This document shows positions 27,380-36,443 of a stretch of DNA of 57,755 nt, piece by piece. How positions within the stretch are numbered: the stretch's first letter is position 1; each line of letters starts with the position of its first letter. The stretch spans positions 1-57,755 of IMG/VR virus record IMGVR_UViG_3300023115_000024; one strand, 5' to 3'. The translations under genes and the position numbers were made by a program. Origin of the DNA: a virus. Lineage: Duplodnaviria > Caudoviricetes. The notes under the pieces were generated by a model. That model ran no database searches. It was not told where the DNA came from and was given only the letters and a program-made list of their open reading frames with translations.

Positions 27380-27400
27380 TAATATCTCCTAGGTATAAGT

Positions 27401-27420
27401 GGGGGAGACAGTGCTCCCCC
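27401..27420 (-). terminator. GC-rich hairpin between hsp20 and clpS
   Basis: GGGGGAG...CUCCCCC; no clear U-tract, so it may be a stabiliser rather than a terminator. Confidence 0.45.
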
Positions 27421-27427
27421 TAGACAA

Positions 27428-27889
27428 TTACTTGCTGTCTAATTCGCCTTCAATATAAGAATTATCGTTGATCTTAATTCTTTTAGGCTGTAGTTCTTCT
27501 GGAACTTCACGTTTCAAGTGAATGTTGAGCATGCCTAGTTCAAGGCCTGCACTTTCTACTTCTACGTGATCAGCAAGTGTAAACTCTCTACGGAAATTGC
27601 GTCCACCAATTCCCTTGTGTAGGTAGTTTACGTTTTCATCACCTTTCGGAGATGTACCTTCAATAATGAGCACATTTTTATCTTTGGTAATTTCTAAGTT
27701 ATCCATACCAAACCCAGCAACGGCAAGAGAGATCATATACTCGTCTTCGTTAATCTGTGAAATGTTATATGGGGGATAACCGTTACTTTTGCTATTTGCG
27801 AATTGTCTTTCCATTTCATCAAATAGTCTATCAAAGCCAATAGTTGCTCTGTGAAAGTGTGGTAAGTCTAGAGTTGTTAGTCTTGTCAT
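27428..27889 (-). CDS. ibpA: small heat-shock protein Hsp20 (IbpA-like)
   Basis: IGFDRLF, YPPYNI, LAVAGF, YLHKGI, PEE..P..I.I. Confidence 0.93.
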   Translation of the reverse strand: MTRLTTLDLPHFHRATIGFDRLFDEMERQFANSKSNGYPPYNISQINEDEYMISLAVAGFGMDNLEITKDKNVLIIEGTSPKGDENVNYLHKGIGGRNFRREFTLADHVEVESAGLELGMLNIHLKREVPEELQPKRIKINDNSYIEGELDSK

Positions 27890-27945
27890 TTTATTTCTCC
27901 TTTTATATAAGCAAGATTAATGTATGAACCCTTTCGGCGTTCAAG
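27890..27945 (-). promoter_or_regulatory. ROSE-like RNA thermometer in the hsp20 5' UTR
   Basis: 5' GAAA-tetraloop hairpin, then UCUUGCUU pairing with the SD AAGGAGA with a bulged G. Confidence 0.7.
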
Positions 27946-27953
27946 TTTATTTA

Positions 27954-29108
27954 TCATTTGCCAATCGTACTCGATTCATAAATTGCATTATGAGTTTGGG
28001 TACAACGAACAAATGTTGTACACTTTGACAAGTGCTTCAATCGCACTGCCCCAGCGTATGTGCAGGTGGATCTAACACCCCCTAAGATCTCTTGTACTGT
28101 ATCAGCTACGGATCCTTTGTAAGGTACTAGAACCGTCCTGCCTTCTGATGAACGATAATCTTTAAGTCCACCAAAATGCTTTTCGTTTGCGCTTTTACTA
28201 CTCATACCGTAGAATTGCACAAACTTCTTTTCTTCTACTACTGGAGTATATTCAGGAAATGAAATTGTATTGTCTGTTCTTATCATTTCATTAGTCTGAT
28301 ATAATTTTGTAATTACTTCACCACCGCCTTCATCGTGTCCAGCAAGCATACCACCTAGCATTACAAAGTCTGCGCCGGCAGCAAAAGCCTTAGCCACGTC
28401 ACCAGGGCAGGTACAGCCGCCATCAGCAATAATATGTCCACCGAGACCATGAGCCGCATCTGCACATTCGATAACTGCCGAAAGTTGGGGATACCCCACG
28501 CCAGTCTGAATGCGAGTAGTGCATACACTACCAGGGCCAATTCCCACTTTAATGATATCTGCTCCAGCAAGAATCAATTCCTCCGTCATTTCGCCTGTGA
28601 CAACATTACCTGCGATAATTACAATGTGCGGATGCTCTTGTCTAAATTTTCTAACAAACTCTGCAAATCGTTCTGAGTATCCGTTTGCCACATCAATGCA
28701 TACGTATTTTAGGTTGCCGTCGCACATTTTATATACATTTTGAAACTTGCAATAATCACTATCTGTAATGCCTATACTCATAGCAACATAGTTAGTACGA
28801 TTGTAGTCATCAGTATCAAAGAAGTCTATAAGTTCATTGTCAGTATAAGTTTTAACTAGACAAGTAAAAATACCTTCTCTAGCAAGACTGTCAGCCATTT
28901 CAAATGTACCAACACCGTCCATATTACTTGCCATAATAGGAACACCTCGCCAATGACGATGTTCTACATTATCTGGAAAGTCTGGTTCGTAGTTACGAAA
29001 TGTGTAACCACGTTGCAAATCTACTTCTTTGCGACTGCCAAGTGTTGAACGCTTAGGCCGTATAAGAACGTCCTTGTAGTCTAGTTTTACATCTTCTTCA
29101 AGACGCAT
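27954..29108 (-). CDS. guaC: GMP reductase
   Basis: [39 protein letters not shown]. Confidence 0.95.
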   Translation of the reverse strand: MRLEEDVKLDYKDVLIRPKRSTLGSRKEVDLQRGYTFRNYEPDFPDNVEHRHWRGVPIMASNMDGVGTFEMADSLAREGIFTCLVKTYTDNELIDFFDTDDYNRTNYVAMSIGITDSDYCKFQNVYKMCDGNLKYVCIDVANGYSERFAEFVRKFRQEHPHIVIIAGNVVTGEMTEELILAGADIIKVGIGPGSVCTTRIQTGVGYPQLSAVIECADAAHGLGGHIIADGGCTCPGDVAKAFAAGADFVMLGGMLAGHDEGGGEVITKLYQTNEMIRTDNTISFPEYTPVVEEKKFVQFYGMSSKSANEKHFGGLKDYRSSEGRTVLVPYKGSVADTVQEILGGVRSTCTYAGAVRLKHLSKCTTFVRCTQTHNAIYESSTIGK

Positions 29109-29111
29109 ATA

Positions 29112-29381
29112 TTACTTCCTTCTCATTTTGGCAATGTCAACATGTTCTAGTTCCATTTTAGACAACTTTTTAATCCATCTGGAACGAGCTGCTGCTTTTG
29201 CTTTCTTGCGCCTTTCGCTTGGCTTTGTGTAATATTCGCGCTCACGCAGTTCTTGCAAGATACCTGCTTCTTGCACTTTCTTCTTAAACTTGCGTAGCGC
29301 AAAGTTAAAGTCGCCATTACGTACTTCTACATGCAATCCTTTTACTGGATTAGAATCGTTATTGTAATTACGGCGTTTCAT
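29112..29381 (-). CDS. rpsU: ribosomal protein bS21
   Basis: ALRKFKKKV...[20 protein letters not shown]; SD AAGGAG before MKRR. Confidence 0.88.
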   Translation of the reverse strand: MKRRNYNNDSNPVKGLHVEVRNGDFNFALRKFKKKVQEAGILQELREREYYTKPSERRKKAKAAARSRWIKKLSKMELEHVDIAKMRRK

Positions 29382-29423
29382 ATTGTCTCCTTTGTTTATT
29401 ATATAATACACGCAATAGTGTTG

Positions 29424-29810
29424 CTAGTCAACCTCTTTTTGAGGAAGAAATGATAAGTCATAAACTTGTTTAGAACTTATATGTTTATAGATTGATTGTT
29501 CGCTGTTAGAGAACCAATAGGTATTTGACTTAGATATCAAAAAAGATATCATTGGTCGAAAAAAATCTATCGTATTATCTATGTCTAATATTGTATAGTT
29601 AGAAGATGCACAAAGTTGGAGTATATAATTTACGTGCTCTTTTTCGTATGTGGTTTGATCATATAGGTATAAATTAACATCTTCCTCAAAATGCTTTAGA
29701 AAGTTGTCTTGAAGTTCTTGAAGTATTGTTTGGCTAGGATATAAGAGGACTATGTTAAGAGCATCACCGTGAATAATATCAGGGTAAGTTATTATATTAA
29801 TTTTGTTCAC
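29424..29810 (-). CDS. hypothetical protein
   Basis: ORF. Confidence 0.55.
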   Translation of the reverse strand: MNKINIITYPDIIHGDALNIVLLYPSQTILQELQDNFLKHFEEDVNLYLYDQTTYEKEHVNYILQLCASSNYTILDIDNTIDFFRPMISFLISKSNTYWFSNSEQSIYKHISSKQVYDLSFLPQKEVD

Positions 29811-29817
29811 ATAAAAC

Positions 29818-32019
29818 CTATTTCTTTAACTTGTTGAAAAGACTATTTTCGTTTTGTTCTTCATTTTGTGTATATGTTTGGTCTTTTTCTTCCCAAGGTA
29901 ATTTTTCAATGTACCCATTTATATATAAGGCTTTGTAGTGTTTTAATGTCTCTTCTGGATTTGCAGCTTTCCATGCTTCTTTAGCACTTTTAAAGGTTGC
30001 ATCTGCTTCCTTTTTAACATACTCTTCTTCGCGAGCTTTTTGCTCAGGACTTAGATTTGTTTTTTGTTTCTTCTGTTCAATTTCTCTTTCCCAATTGAAC
30101 GGATTTCTAGTGTCTGCTATTTCTTTAGCATCTTTTTCATCAGCTTGTACTTCTGACTGTTCCAATTCTGTATCCACTGCATCTGCCACGGTAGTATCTG
30201 CTTCTGATACCATGTCTCCCAAATCTGCATCTGGTGTACTAATATTGTGTGTAACATCTTCATGTCTTTCTTCTTCTACTGCCTTTTCAGCAGCCTCAAT
30301 CATTTTATTCCATTCTTCAACTGGATCTTCTAAGAATTCCTCTTTTTCGTTGGCCAAAGCCAATTCTTGGGAAGTGTCTCTTCTCTTATCGTCGGCTCCA
30401 ATGGAATATTGCACAGAAGATCCTTCAGCTTCTGCTCCTCTGTCATCTACTTTCTCCTCTTCCGCAGGCGGCGTAGAATCGTCAATATTAAAACCAGGGT
30501 TGTCATTGATTTTCTGCGCTCTTAGTCTTTCATATTCTGACCAATCGAGCCGATGTCCCTCCTTCTGATCGTCTTTACGCTTGCGATGTAGTTCAAACGT
30601 ATATTGACTTGCGATCAAAAGTAACACGGCCAATGGGTCAAACACAAAGATGATAACCAATATCACCCAGCGGACTGCTTCTTCTAGTAGGTCTTGGTCT
30701 GCTTTTTCTCCGTAAACAAATTCAGCCAAATATTTAACTGGACCTACTTCTGCTTCAAGTTTACGGTACTCTGCTTCAAGAGCGTATTTTTCTTCTGTAA
30801 GTGTGTCAATTTCCGTATTAGCATTTCTAATACGAGAATTCTGTTCATCGATTGCTGTTTCTATATCAGCAGCTTTATCTTCTTGTGCTAATTGTTGTCT
30901 TAAACGTTCAATTAGTTCTTGTGATTGTGCCACCTGCGATTCTGCACTTTCACGTAATCTTTGTATTTCGTCTCTTGCTGTTTGGATTGCAGGGGATTCT
31001 GTGCCTCGCACATTGTCTATTTGTGCAAGAATATCTAGCTGGCGTTGCTTAACTGAATCTGTTTGTTCGCCTCTAATCCTTTGTACTAACATACCAAGGC
31101 GGTCACGCTCTTGTGCAACTGTATCCTGTGCTGTTTGACGAAGTTCGCTTATTTGAACGTTAATTGCAGAAACACGCTGTCTTTGTTGTTCTATCCATTC
31201 GTTTACTGCGGCTCTGGTTCTTGGACCTACTGAGCCGTCTGCATTCGCTCCTATAGTTCTCTGGGCCTGCTGTACTTGTTCACGTTCTCCGCTGGCAATT
31301 TGTCCTTGTACTTTTACAATAGTATCTTCTATTTGTGCAATTTGTGCAAGCAAAGGTTCAACTGCACTGTTGTCTACACTTAACGAACTTATGCGTTCTT
31401 CATACTCTCTTGCTTGTTGATCTAATCTACCAAGTTCTGCATCTAAACTGGCAAGTTGATCTTCATAAGGTTTTGTACGTGTAGCATCGCTCGCTCTTGC
31501 ATCTGCTATTATTTCATTTTGTTGTGCAATAGCAGGTTGTATACGATCAAATGCACGGTCAATACGTTCTTGTTCTTTGTCTATTTGTGATTGTATGTTT
31601 GCATCTGCTCCTACACCGTTTGATTGTAAGTCTTCTATACGCTGTTGTGCTCTAGCTACAATGCCTTCTTGACGAGCAATCTCTGTTGTAAGTCGTTCAA
31701 CTTGTGCTACGCTTTCCTGACTTGCACTTGTTTGTTCAATGTGTGCCTTAGACAAGAAGCCAAAAATACCCATAGAGGTAATAAACATAAGCACAATAAC
31801 TGCTATACTTAAATACGATTTCAGCCACCACGTTGCTTGTTGCCAATATCTATGTAACCACACAGCAGTAACGAGCTTGCCTACTTCAAGTACGCCGCCC
31901 ATAATCATTATAGGTAACGCAGCCGCGGCAAAAATAGCCACAAGTCCTGCTACAGAATAATAAATTGCAACGGCACTAATGCTTAATGCCGTTAGCATTG
32001 TCAATAAAGCAAATATCAT
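29818..32019 (-). CDS. membrane protein with long coiled coil and peptidoglycan-binding-like motif
   Basis: Three N-terminal TMs, long heptad region containing QRTIGANADGSVGPRTRAA, fourth TM (FVFDPLA), acidic tail. Confidence 0.7.
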   Translation of the reverse strand: MIFALLTMLTALSISAVAIYYSVAGLVAIFAAAALPIMIMGGVLEVGKLVTAVWLHRYWQQATWWLKSYLSIAVIVLMFITSMGIFGFLSKAHIEQTSASQESVAQVERLTTEIARQEGIVARAQQRIEDLQSNGVGADANIQSQIDKEQERIDRAFDRIQPAIAQQNEIIADARASDATRTKPYEDQLASLDAELGRLDQQAREYEERISSLSVDNSAVEPLLAQIAQIEDTIVKVQGQIASGEREQVQQAQRTIGANADGSVGPRTRAAVNEWIEQQRQRVSAINVQISELRQTAQDTVAQERDRLGMLVQRIRGEQTDSVKQRQLDILAQIDNVRGTESPAIQTARDEIQRLRESAESQVAQSQELIERLRQQLAQEDKAADIETAIDEQNSRIRNANTEIDTLTEEKYALEAEYRKLEAEVGPVKYLAEFVYGEKADQDLLEEAVRWVILVIIFVFDPLAVLLLIASQYTFELHRKRKDDQKEGHRLDWSEYERLRAQKINDNPGFNIDDSTPPAEEEKVDDRGAEAEGSSVQYSIGADDKRRDTSQELALANEKEEFLEDPVEEWNKMIEAAEKAVEEERHEDVTHNISTPDADLGDMVSEADTTVADAVDTELEQSEVQADEKDAKEIADTRNPFNWEREIEQKKQKTNLSPEQKAREEEYVKKEADATFKSAKEAWKAANPEETLKHYKALYINGYIEKLPWEEKDQTYTQNEEQNENSLFNKLKK

Positions 32020-32067
32020 AGTTAAATATTTAACCCCATATGATCTCCGAATAAAACTGTAACTTAA

Positions 32068-32574
32068 TCATTTCCAGCGATAAAAGATATGATCTCCGAT
32101 ACGACCAATTAGTTGAAAGTCACGAGCCCAACTAGGACTTACATAGTTTGCATGATAGTGAGTGGCGCCTTCTGTAATGCCGCGAAAGTCGCCATAATTC
32201 ATCATCATGTATGCTGATTGTTGTGCTTTACGCCATGAATCTGTGTCTTTAGGATCGTCTGATTTGCCATCACAATACCAACTAAATTGACATTGATTAC
32301 GAATAGGAACAGGTGACCCGTCTTTCCAACTAGGTTTGTGTCGTCCGTCATAGACTACATTACATACTGAATTAGGATACCTAGAGTCATCTACACGATT
32401 GAGAACAACGTCTGCTACTGCTAACTGATCTGCAAAATTAGATCCTCTTGCTTCGTGATAGATATTAAGTGCTAAACAAAATTCTTCCGGATGTGCCTCT
32501 TTTGCAAAAAGTTCTTGTGATTCTGCTGCTGACGAGAATATCAGCATGATTGCTGCCATAATATAAAACTTCAT
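32068..32574 (-). CDS. cell wall hydrolase, SleB/Hydrolase_2 family
   Basis: CLALNIYHEARG, VLNRV, CQFSW, GATHYHA, IGDHIFY; signal peptide from MKFY. Confidence 0.9.
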   Translation of the reverse strand: MKFYIMAAIMLIFSSAAESQELFAKEAHPEEFCLALNIYHEARGSNFADQLAVADVVLNRVDDSRYPNSVCNVVYDGRHKPSWKDGSPVPIRNQCQFSWYCDGKSDDPKDTDSWRKAQQSAYMMMNYGDFRGITEGATHYHANYVSPSWARDFQLIGRIGDHIFYRWK

Positions 32575-32590
32575 GATTACTGCCTCTTGT

Positions 32591-33025
32591 TTACCTACGC
32601 ATTTTTGCGATGTCTTTAGCTTCATTAGTGCCACGCATAACTGGCACTGCGTTTGACTTGTGCATTGTAGCAATACCTACAATTAAGTCGCCTGTATATT
32701 TTTGACTTTCTTTTTTAGTTGCTACACCAACACCGTCTCCATGACTAGGAATGTGTGCTGTAGAACGATACATAGGATTTGTGTGCGGTTGATATGAAGA
32801 CTTATCTGTAGTTCTTTGTTTTGTTTTGTGTTGACCTCGAGTATAGGCTATATAGTCTTCAAGTGTATCAAATTGTGAAGAATGACAATATGTTTGTCTC
32901 ATACGTTTGTTATATGCTCGCCATTCTTGTTCTAGTTCCTGCCGCTGATTTTTTGTTAGTTCCTTAGGCTTACGCTTCTTGTAGTTTGTTGTGGTCATAT
33001 AAGGACCTACGAGATGCATAGTCAT
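32591..33025 (-). CDS. hypothetical phage protein
   Basis: C-terminal GIATMHKSNAVPV motif resembles T4-like phage proteins; own promoter at 33061-33089. Confidence 0.7.
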   Translation of the reverse strand: MTMHLVGPYMTTTNYKKRKPKELTKNQRQELEQEWRAYNKRMRQTYCHSSQFDTLEDYIAYTRGQHKTKQRTTDKSSYQPHTNPMYRSTAHIPSHGDGVGVATKKESQKYTGDLIVGIATMHKSNAVPVMRGTNEAKDIAKMRR

Positions 33026-33060
33026 AAAAAAACTCCTGCTATTTTGTTAATAGTGTTACT

Positions 33061-33089
33061 ATTATAGCAGGAGTTTTCTAGATTGTCAA
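33061..33089 (-). promoter_or_regulatory. sigma70-type promoter overlapped by an inverted repeat
   Basis: TTGACA-17 bp-TATAAT; arms 33029-33041 and 33065-33077. Confidence 0.75.
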
Positions 33090-33093
33090 CCGT

Positions 33094-33426
33094 TTAATTT
33101 TGCAATAAATCTAGCAAATGTTCTGTAGTAAAGGGACTTTTTACTGTGTGAGTAACTTTAGAAAGTATCTCTTCGCTAGGCTCATGATTATTTGTAATTA
33201 ATATACTTTTCGCTAATGAACTTTTATTAATATAATCAATAGCAGCTTGTGTATTGGATTTAGAAACCAGCATATCCCAATCTGCTACAAAAAAATTGCA
33301 AGAAATTCCTCCCGATATAATCTTTCGCAAAAGACTTACAGGAACTACTTCTATACCTTTTTTTCTGCATTCGTCTGATATTTCATAAAACTTATCAGTA
33401 TCTTCAATTAAGACTAGTGCTTTCAT
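33094..33426 (-). CDS. response-regulator receiver-like protein
   Basis: VLIED, VAD, ILIT and VKSPF...L match the REC fold pattern. Confidence 0.5.
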   Translation of the reverse strand: MKALVLIEDTDKFYEISDECRKKGIEVVPVSLLRKIISGGISCNFFVADWDMLVSKSNTQAAIDYINKSSLAKSILITNNHEPSEEILSKVTHTVKSPFTTEHLLDLLQN

Positions 33427-33442
33427 ATTAATCCCCTATACT

Positions 33443-33928
33443 TTATTTATCTTCCATAAGTTTTACTGCTGCATCGTAATCCTCTTGTTTTACTATACCT
33501 TCACGTAGCAATTTCATTCTGTTTGCCATATGCTTGGTTTGGATTTCTTCTTTAGAACCTCCAAAGTATGCAACACAGTGTCCTTCTTCGATCAAAATAT
33601 CTGTAACACGTTCACGTTGTCCTTCGTAACGCTCTACATAAAAGTCACCTAAGATACGTCCGAACTTGCCTTTCATATCTTCACCGTGCTTGTTTTCTGT
33701 AGTGATTAGTTTGCCGCCTTCGCTAAGAAGTTCTTTTAGTCTATTTTTAGCGGCTGTTCCGAATAGTTTTTCTACTTTGTCGCTTGTGCGTGACTCTGGT
33801 GTGTCAATGCCCATAATGCGTACTCGTTCGTCTTTCAACCATACGCCAAAGCCTAGATCAATATCTACGTCTACTGTATCTCCGTCTACACATTTCAGTA
33901 GAATAACATCATATTCGTTTTGTTGCAT
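33443..33928 (-). CDS. thermonuclease (SNase-like)
   Basis: VDGDT, RIMGIDTPE, GKFGRIL. Confidence 0.88.
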   Translation of the reverse strand: MQQNEYDVILLKCVDGDTVDVDIDLGFGVWLKDERVRIMGIDTPESRTSDKVEKLFGTAAKNRLKELLSEGGKLITTENKHGEDMKGKFGRILGDFYVERYEGQRERVTDILIEEGHCVAYFGGSKEEIQTKHMANRMKLLREGIVKQEDYDAAVKLMEDK

Positions 33929-33949
33929 TTTAGCCCTCCGTTTAAATGC

Positions 33950-34291
33950 TTATTGTTGTGGGGTTTTCATTCCCCATTTGCGTTCGTATGTATCATCTGT
34001 TCCATACGTATCTGCCCATTTGTTTTCTGTAAACTTTGCAAAGTCAATTAACATTAAAATTTCTTCGTAGTTTTCAGATATCCATTGTTCGTGTTCTGCA
34101 AGTTGTTCTTTCATATCTTTCATGTCACGTGCCATATTGATTTCATCTTCAACTGCCATACGACTTGTTAGTTCACTTACTTCGCCCTTGAGTGTGTCGA
34201 TTGTTTGTGCCTGTTGTGCTGTCCACCATACAAATGCACTTACTTGCATAACGATTGCTATAACAACACCTATTCCAAATTTTGCGTTCAT
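33950..34291 (-). CDS. membrane-anchored coiled-coil protein
   Basis: N-terminal TM followed by heptads. Confidence 0.55.
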   Translation of the reverse strand: MNAKFGIGVVIAIVMQVSAFVWWTAQQAQTIDTLKGEVSELTSRMAVEDEINMARDMKDMKEQLAEHEQWISENYEEILMLIDFAKFTENKWADTYGTDDTYERKWGMKTPQQ

Positions 34292-34335
34292 AGGAATTCC
34301 TTTACAGTTATATACTACGTTATTTAGTCAAGACT

Positions 34336-34362
34336 AAAGGGCGATGTTGCCACCGCCCTTTT
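34336..34362 (-). terminator. hairpin terminator downstream of the porin gene
   Basis: AAAGGGCG...CGCCCUUU inverted repeat. Confidence 0.6.
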
Positions 34363-34387
34363 ACACTGCTTCTTCTATGTGTTTTTC

Positions 34388-35164
34388 TTAGAAACTAAAA
34401 CCAACTGTTACACTTGGAGTAAACTCTTCTGAGTCTAGGTTGTAGTTTAGTTCTGTACCTAGATCCAATCCTGCAACTGTACGACCGTATGAAGCACCTA
34501 CGTTTTGTAGTGTGTCTGTGTCATCACCATTTAGATATGCTGTAACATTCATCATAGTGCCGTCAACTTCATATGCAATTTTTTCGTCTGCTGAACCGTA
34601 TGTTAGTGTTGAACCTAGCATAATATTTGCAACTTCAACACCACTTGCACGACCACCTAGCATATACTCTTCTGAGTCTAGATTATAGTCGCCACTTGCT
34701 GTGATTGATGCAAAGCCTGCACCTACAGTATAAGCACCTTGAACATTTGAAATGTCTGTAATGTCTGCGTTCCAATCTGTTAAGCCTACTGCAACTTGTG
34801 CATCGCCTACAGATACTTTAAGTGATTCTTCCATTGCTGGCGCTGCTAGTGTTGCACCGTTTTCGCCTTCAACAAATACACCATCTTGATTACCAAATGA
34901 TACTGTTGCTCCTGCAACGTCTGCACCAATTTGCCATTGGTCTAGTGTAAAAGAACCACCGTCTACTGATTCAACATTGAATGAACCAAATGCTAGATCA
35001 CCTGCACTTAGGCCTGCACCTAGTGTAAGTGTTGCTTCTTTGTCGCTGTTAACTTCAACTTCCATTGAGCCAGTAAGCATTGCACCTGCTGGGTTAACAG
35101 TATCTGCGTTTGCTACAGTCGCGGCCATTGCTGCGGCTGCTGCTAAAATAAATACATTGCGCAT
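34388..35164 (-). CDS. outer-membrane porin-like beta-barrel
   Basis: Signal peptide, amphipathic beta strands, C-terminal VGFSF. Confidence 0.75.
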   Translation of the reverse strand: MRNVFILAAAAAMAATVANADTVNPAGAMLTGSMEVEVNSDKEATLTLGAGLSAGDLAFGSFNVESVDGGSFTLDQWQIGADVAGATVSFGNQDGVFVEGENGATLAAPAMEESLKVSVGDAQVAVGLTDWNADITDISNVQGAYTVGAGFASITASGDYNLDSEEYMLGGRASGVEVANIMLGSTLTYGSADEKIAYEVDGTMMNVTAYLNGDDTDTLQNVGASYGRTVAGLDLGTELNYNLDSEEFTPSVTVGFSF

Positions 35165-35327
35165 TAATTTTATACCTTTCTTATTATTTTTATTATTGCG
35201 TAGAAAAGGGCAAGTTTACGGCTTGCCCTTTTGACTTTTTATTTAAACATATCTTATGCTGCAATGCAACAAATAAGAATAATTCTTACGTAGAAAGTTA
35301 TTAGGTGTTACATCTAAGCAACACTTT

Positions 35328-35546
35328 TTACCCTCCTACATAAACTCCTTGTTGAGGTCTATACCAATTTTTTTGATTGTGTATGCGTCCTAATAGATCC
35401 CTAATTTCTGCTGCTTCAGTTGTTAGGATTTCAGGATCTTCTCCTTCAAGTATCCGCTGGCTTCTGCGGGCTACTTTGTTGTTAAGTGCTTCTTCAATAA
35501 TCTTAATATCTTTTACACTTAGTTCAAATGTTGTATTGGGTTTCAT
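35328..35546 (-). CDS. hypothetical protein
   Basis: FELSVKD...IEEAL and LLGRIHNQKNWYRP; SD AGGA. Confidence 0.65.
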   Translation of the reverse strand: MKPNTTFELSVKDIKIIEEALNNKVARRSQRILEGEDPEILTTEAAEIRDLLGRIHNQKNWYRPQQGVYVGG

Positions 35547-35559
35547 GTGTGTCCTTTGT

Positions 35560-35765
35560 GTGTAGCAGCCCGTTCTGTTGCTAGGTGGGCTAGACCCCCT
35601 GTGGTTACGCTGCTAGAGCGAACTCAGATGGTGCAAAGTTATCGTTTGCATTTGTGTTTTGTAAACTTGCCTACCTGTCGAAACCTATTTCGCCCCCTTA
35701 GTGTGTTTATGGTGGAGGCGTCCGGTACCGCCCCGGAGTCCAAATACGCTTTGTAACGTCTACAG
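35560..35765 (-). ncRNA. ssrA: circularly permuted two-piece tmRNA, tag ANDNFAPSEFALAA
   Basis: Acceptor piece ending CGCCUCCACCA (35710-35720) precedes a coding piece starting GGGGGCG (35697) with G3:U70; tag ORF at 35605-35649; TATAAATA box upstream. Outer ends approximate. Confidence 0.92.
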
Positions 35766-35775
35766 TTTATTTATA

Positions 35776-35988
35776 CTACCAATGAGCTACTTTTGTCAAC
35801 CGTTTTTGTGAACGGATTGCATCCATTAGACGAAGCAATCTTTTTTTATGATCACTTTTGCGTTCATAATGATTTTTTGCTTTCCATAAGCTATCTGCAT
35901 CTATTTCTGCAGCTAATTTTTCACCTAGTAATTTTTCTAGGTATGATAAATCTTCACTACTCAGATCTTCAATCTTCCGTGAAACCAT
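35776..35988 (-). CDS. hypothetical protein
   Basis: Likely start MVSRKIEDL. Confidence 0.5.
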   Translation of the reverse strand: MVSRKIEDLSSEDLSYLEKLLGEKLAAEIDADSLWKAKNHYERKSDHKKRLLRLMDAIRSQKRLTKVAHW

Positions 35989-36178
35989 TCTGTCTGTGTC
36001 TCCATGCTTGTTCAAACTGTTCGTCATAGTCATACAAAGGTGCGCCATTACATCCGTCATACCATAGACGTTTGAAATAACCATCTGCACTTGCTACTAC
36101 TGTTTTGGGATCTGCGTCAAGGTGGCCCTTGACCATGTAAAATAATCTATATTGTTCTTTAAGATCATTTCTTAACAT
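35969..36178 (-). CDS. hypothetical protein
   Basis: ATG 4 nt after a TAAATA box. Confidence 0.55.
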   Translation of the reverse strand: MLRNDLKEQYRLFYMVKGHLDADPKTVVASADGYFKRLWYDGCNGAPLYDYDEQFEQAWRHRQNGFTED

Positions 36179-36236
36179 AACGTATTTACAAACTTGTTAC
36201 AATGTAGGCGCTAACATAGGCCTTTTATTAAGTCGT

Positions 36237-36262
36237 AAAAAAAGGCTGTAAACACAGCCTTT
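36237..36262 (-). terminator. intrinsic terminator
   Basis: AAAGGCUG...CAGCC followed by U7. Confidence 0.7.
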
Positions 36263-36266
36263 AATT

Positions 36267-36443
36267 TTACATAGCGTTCTTTTTTTCTTGAATCTCTGCT
36301 CTTCGATTTTTGGTTAGCTTACCTAAATCACCGAGTGCTTTACGAGCACGGGTTGCAGCAGCTTTTACACCCTTTTCGTCAAAGGTCTCTGCTTCCTTTA
36401 AATAATTGTTGAACGCTTGTACAATTTCTTCGTGTAATGTCAT
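36267..36443 (-). CDS. histone H1-like Hc1 family protein
   Basis: F.EKGVKAAATRARKAL.DL....K..R motif; SD AGGAG. Confidence 0.75.
   Translation of the reverse strand: MTLHEEIVQAFNNYLKEAETFDEKGVKAAATRARKALGDLGKLTKNRRAEIQEKKNAM

Noticed and set aside
35547-35756. Plus-strand 69-aa ORF
   Set aside because: Antisense to the tmRNA.
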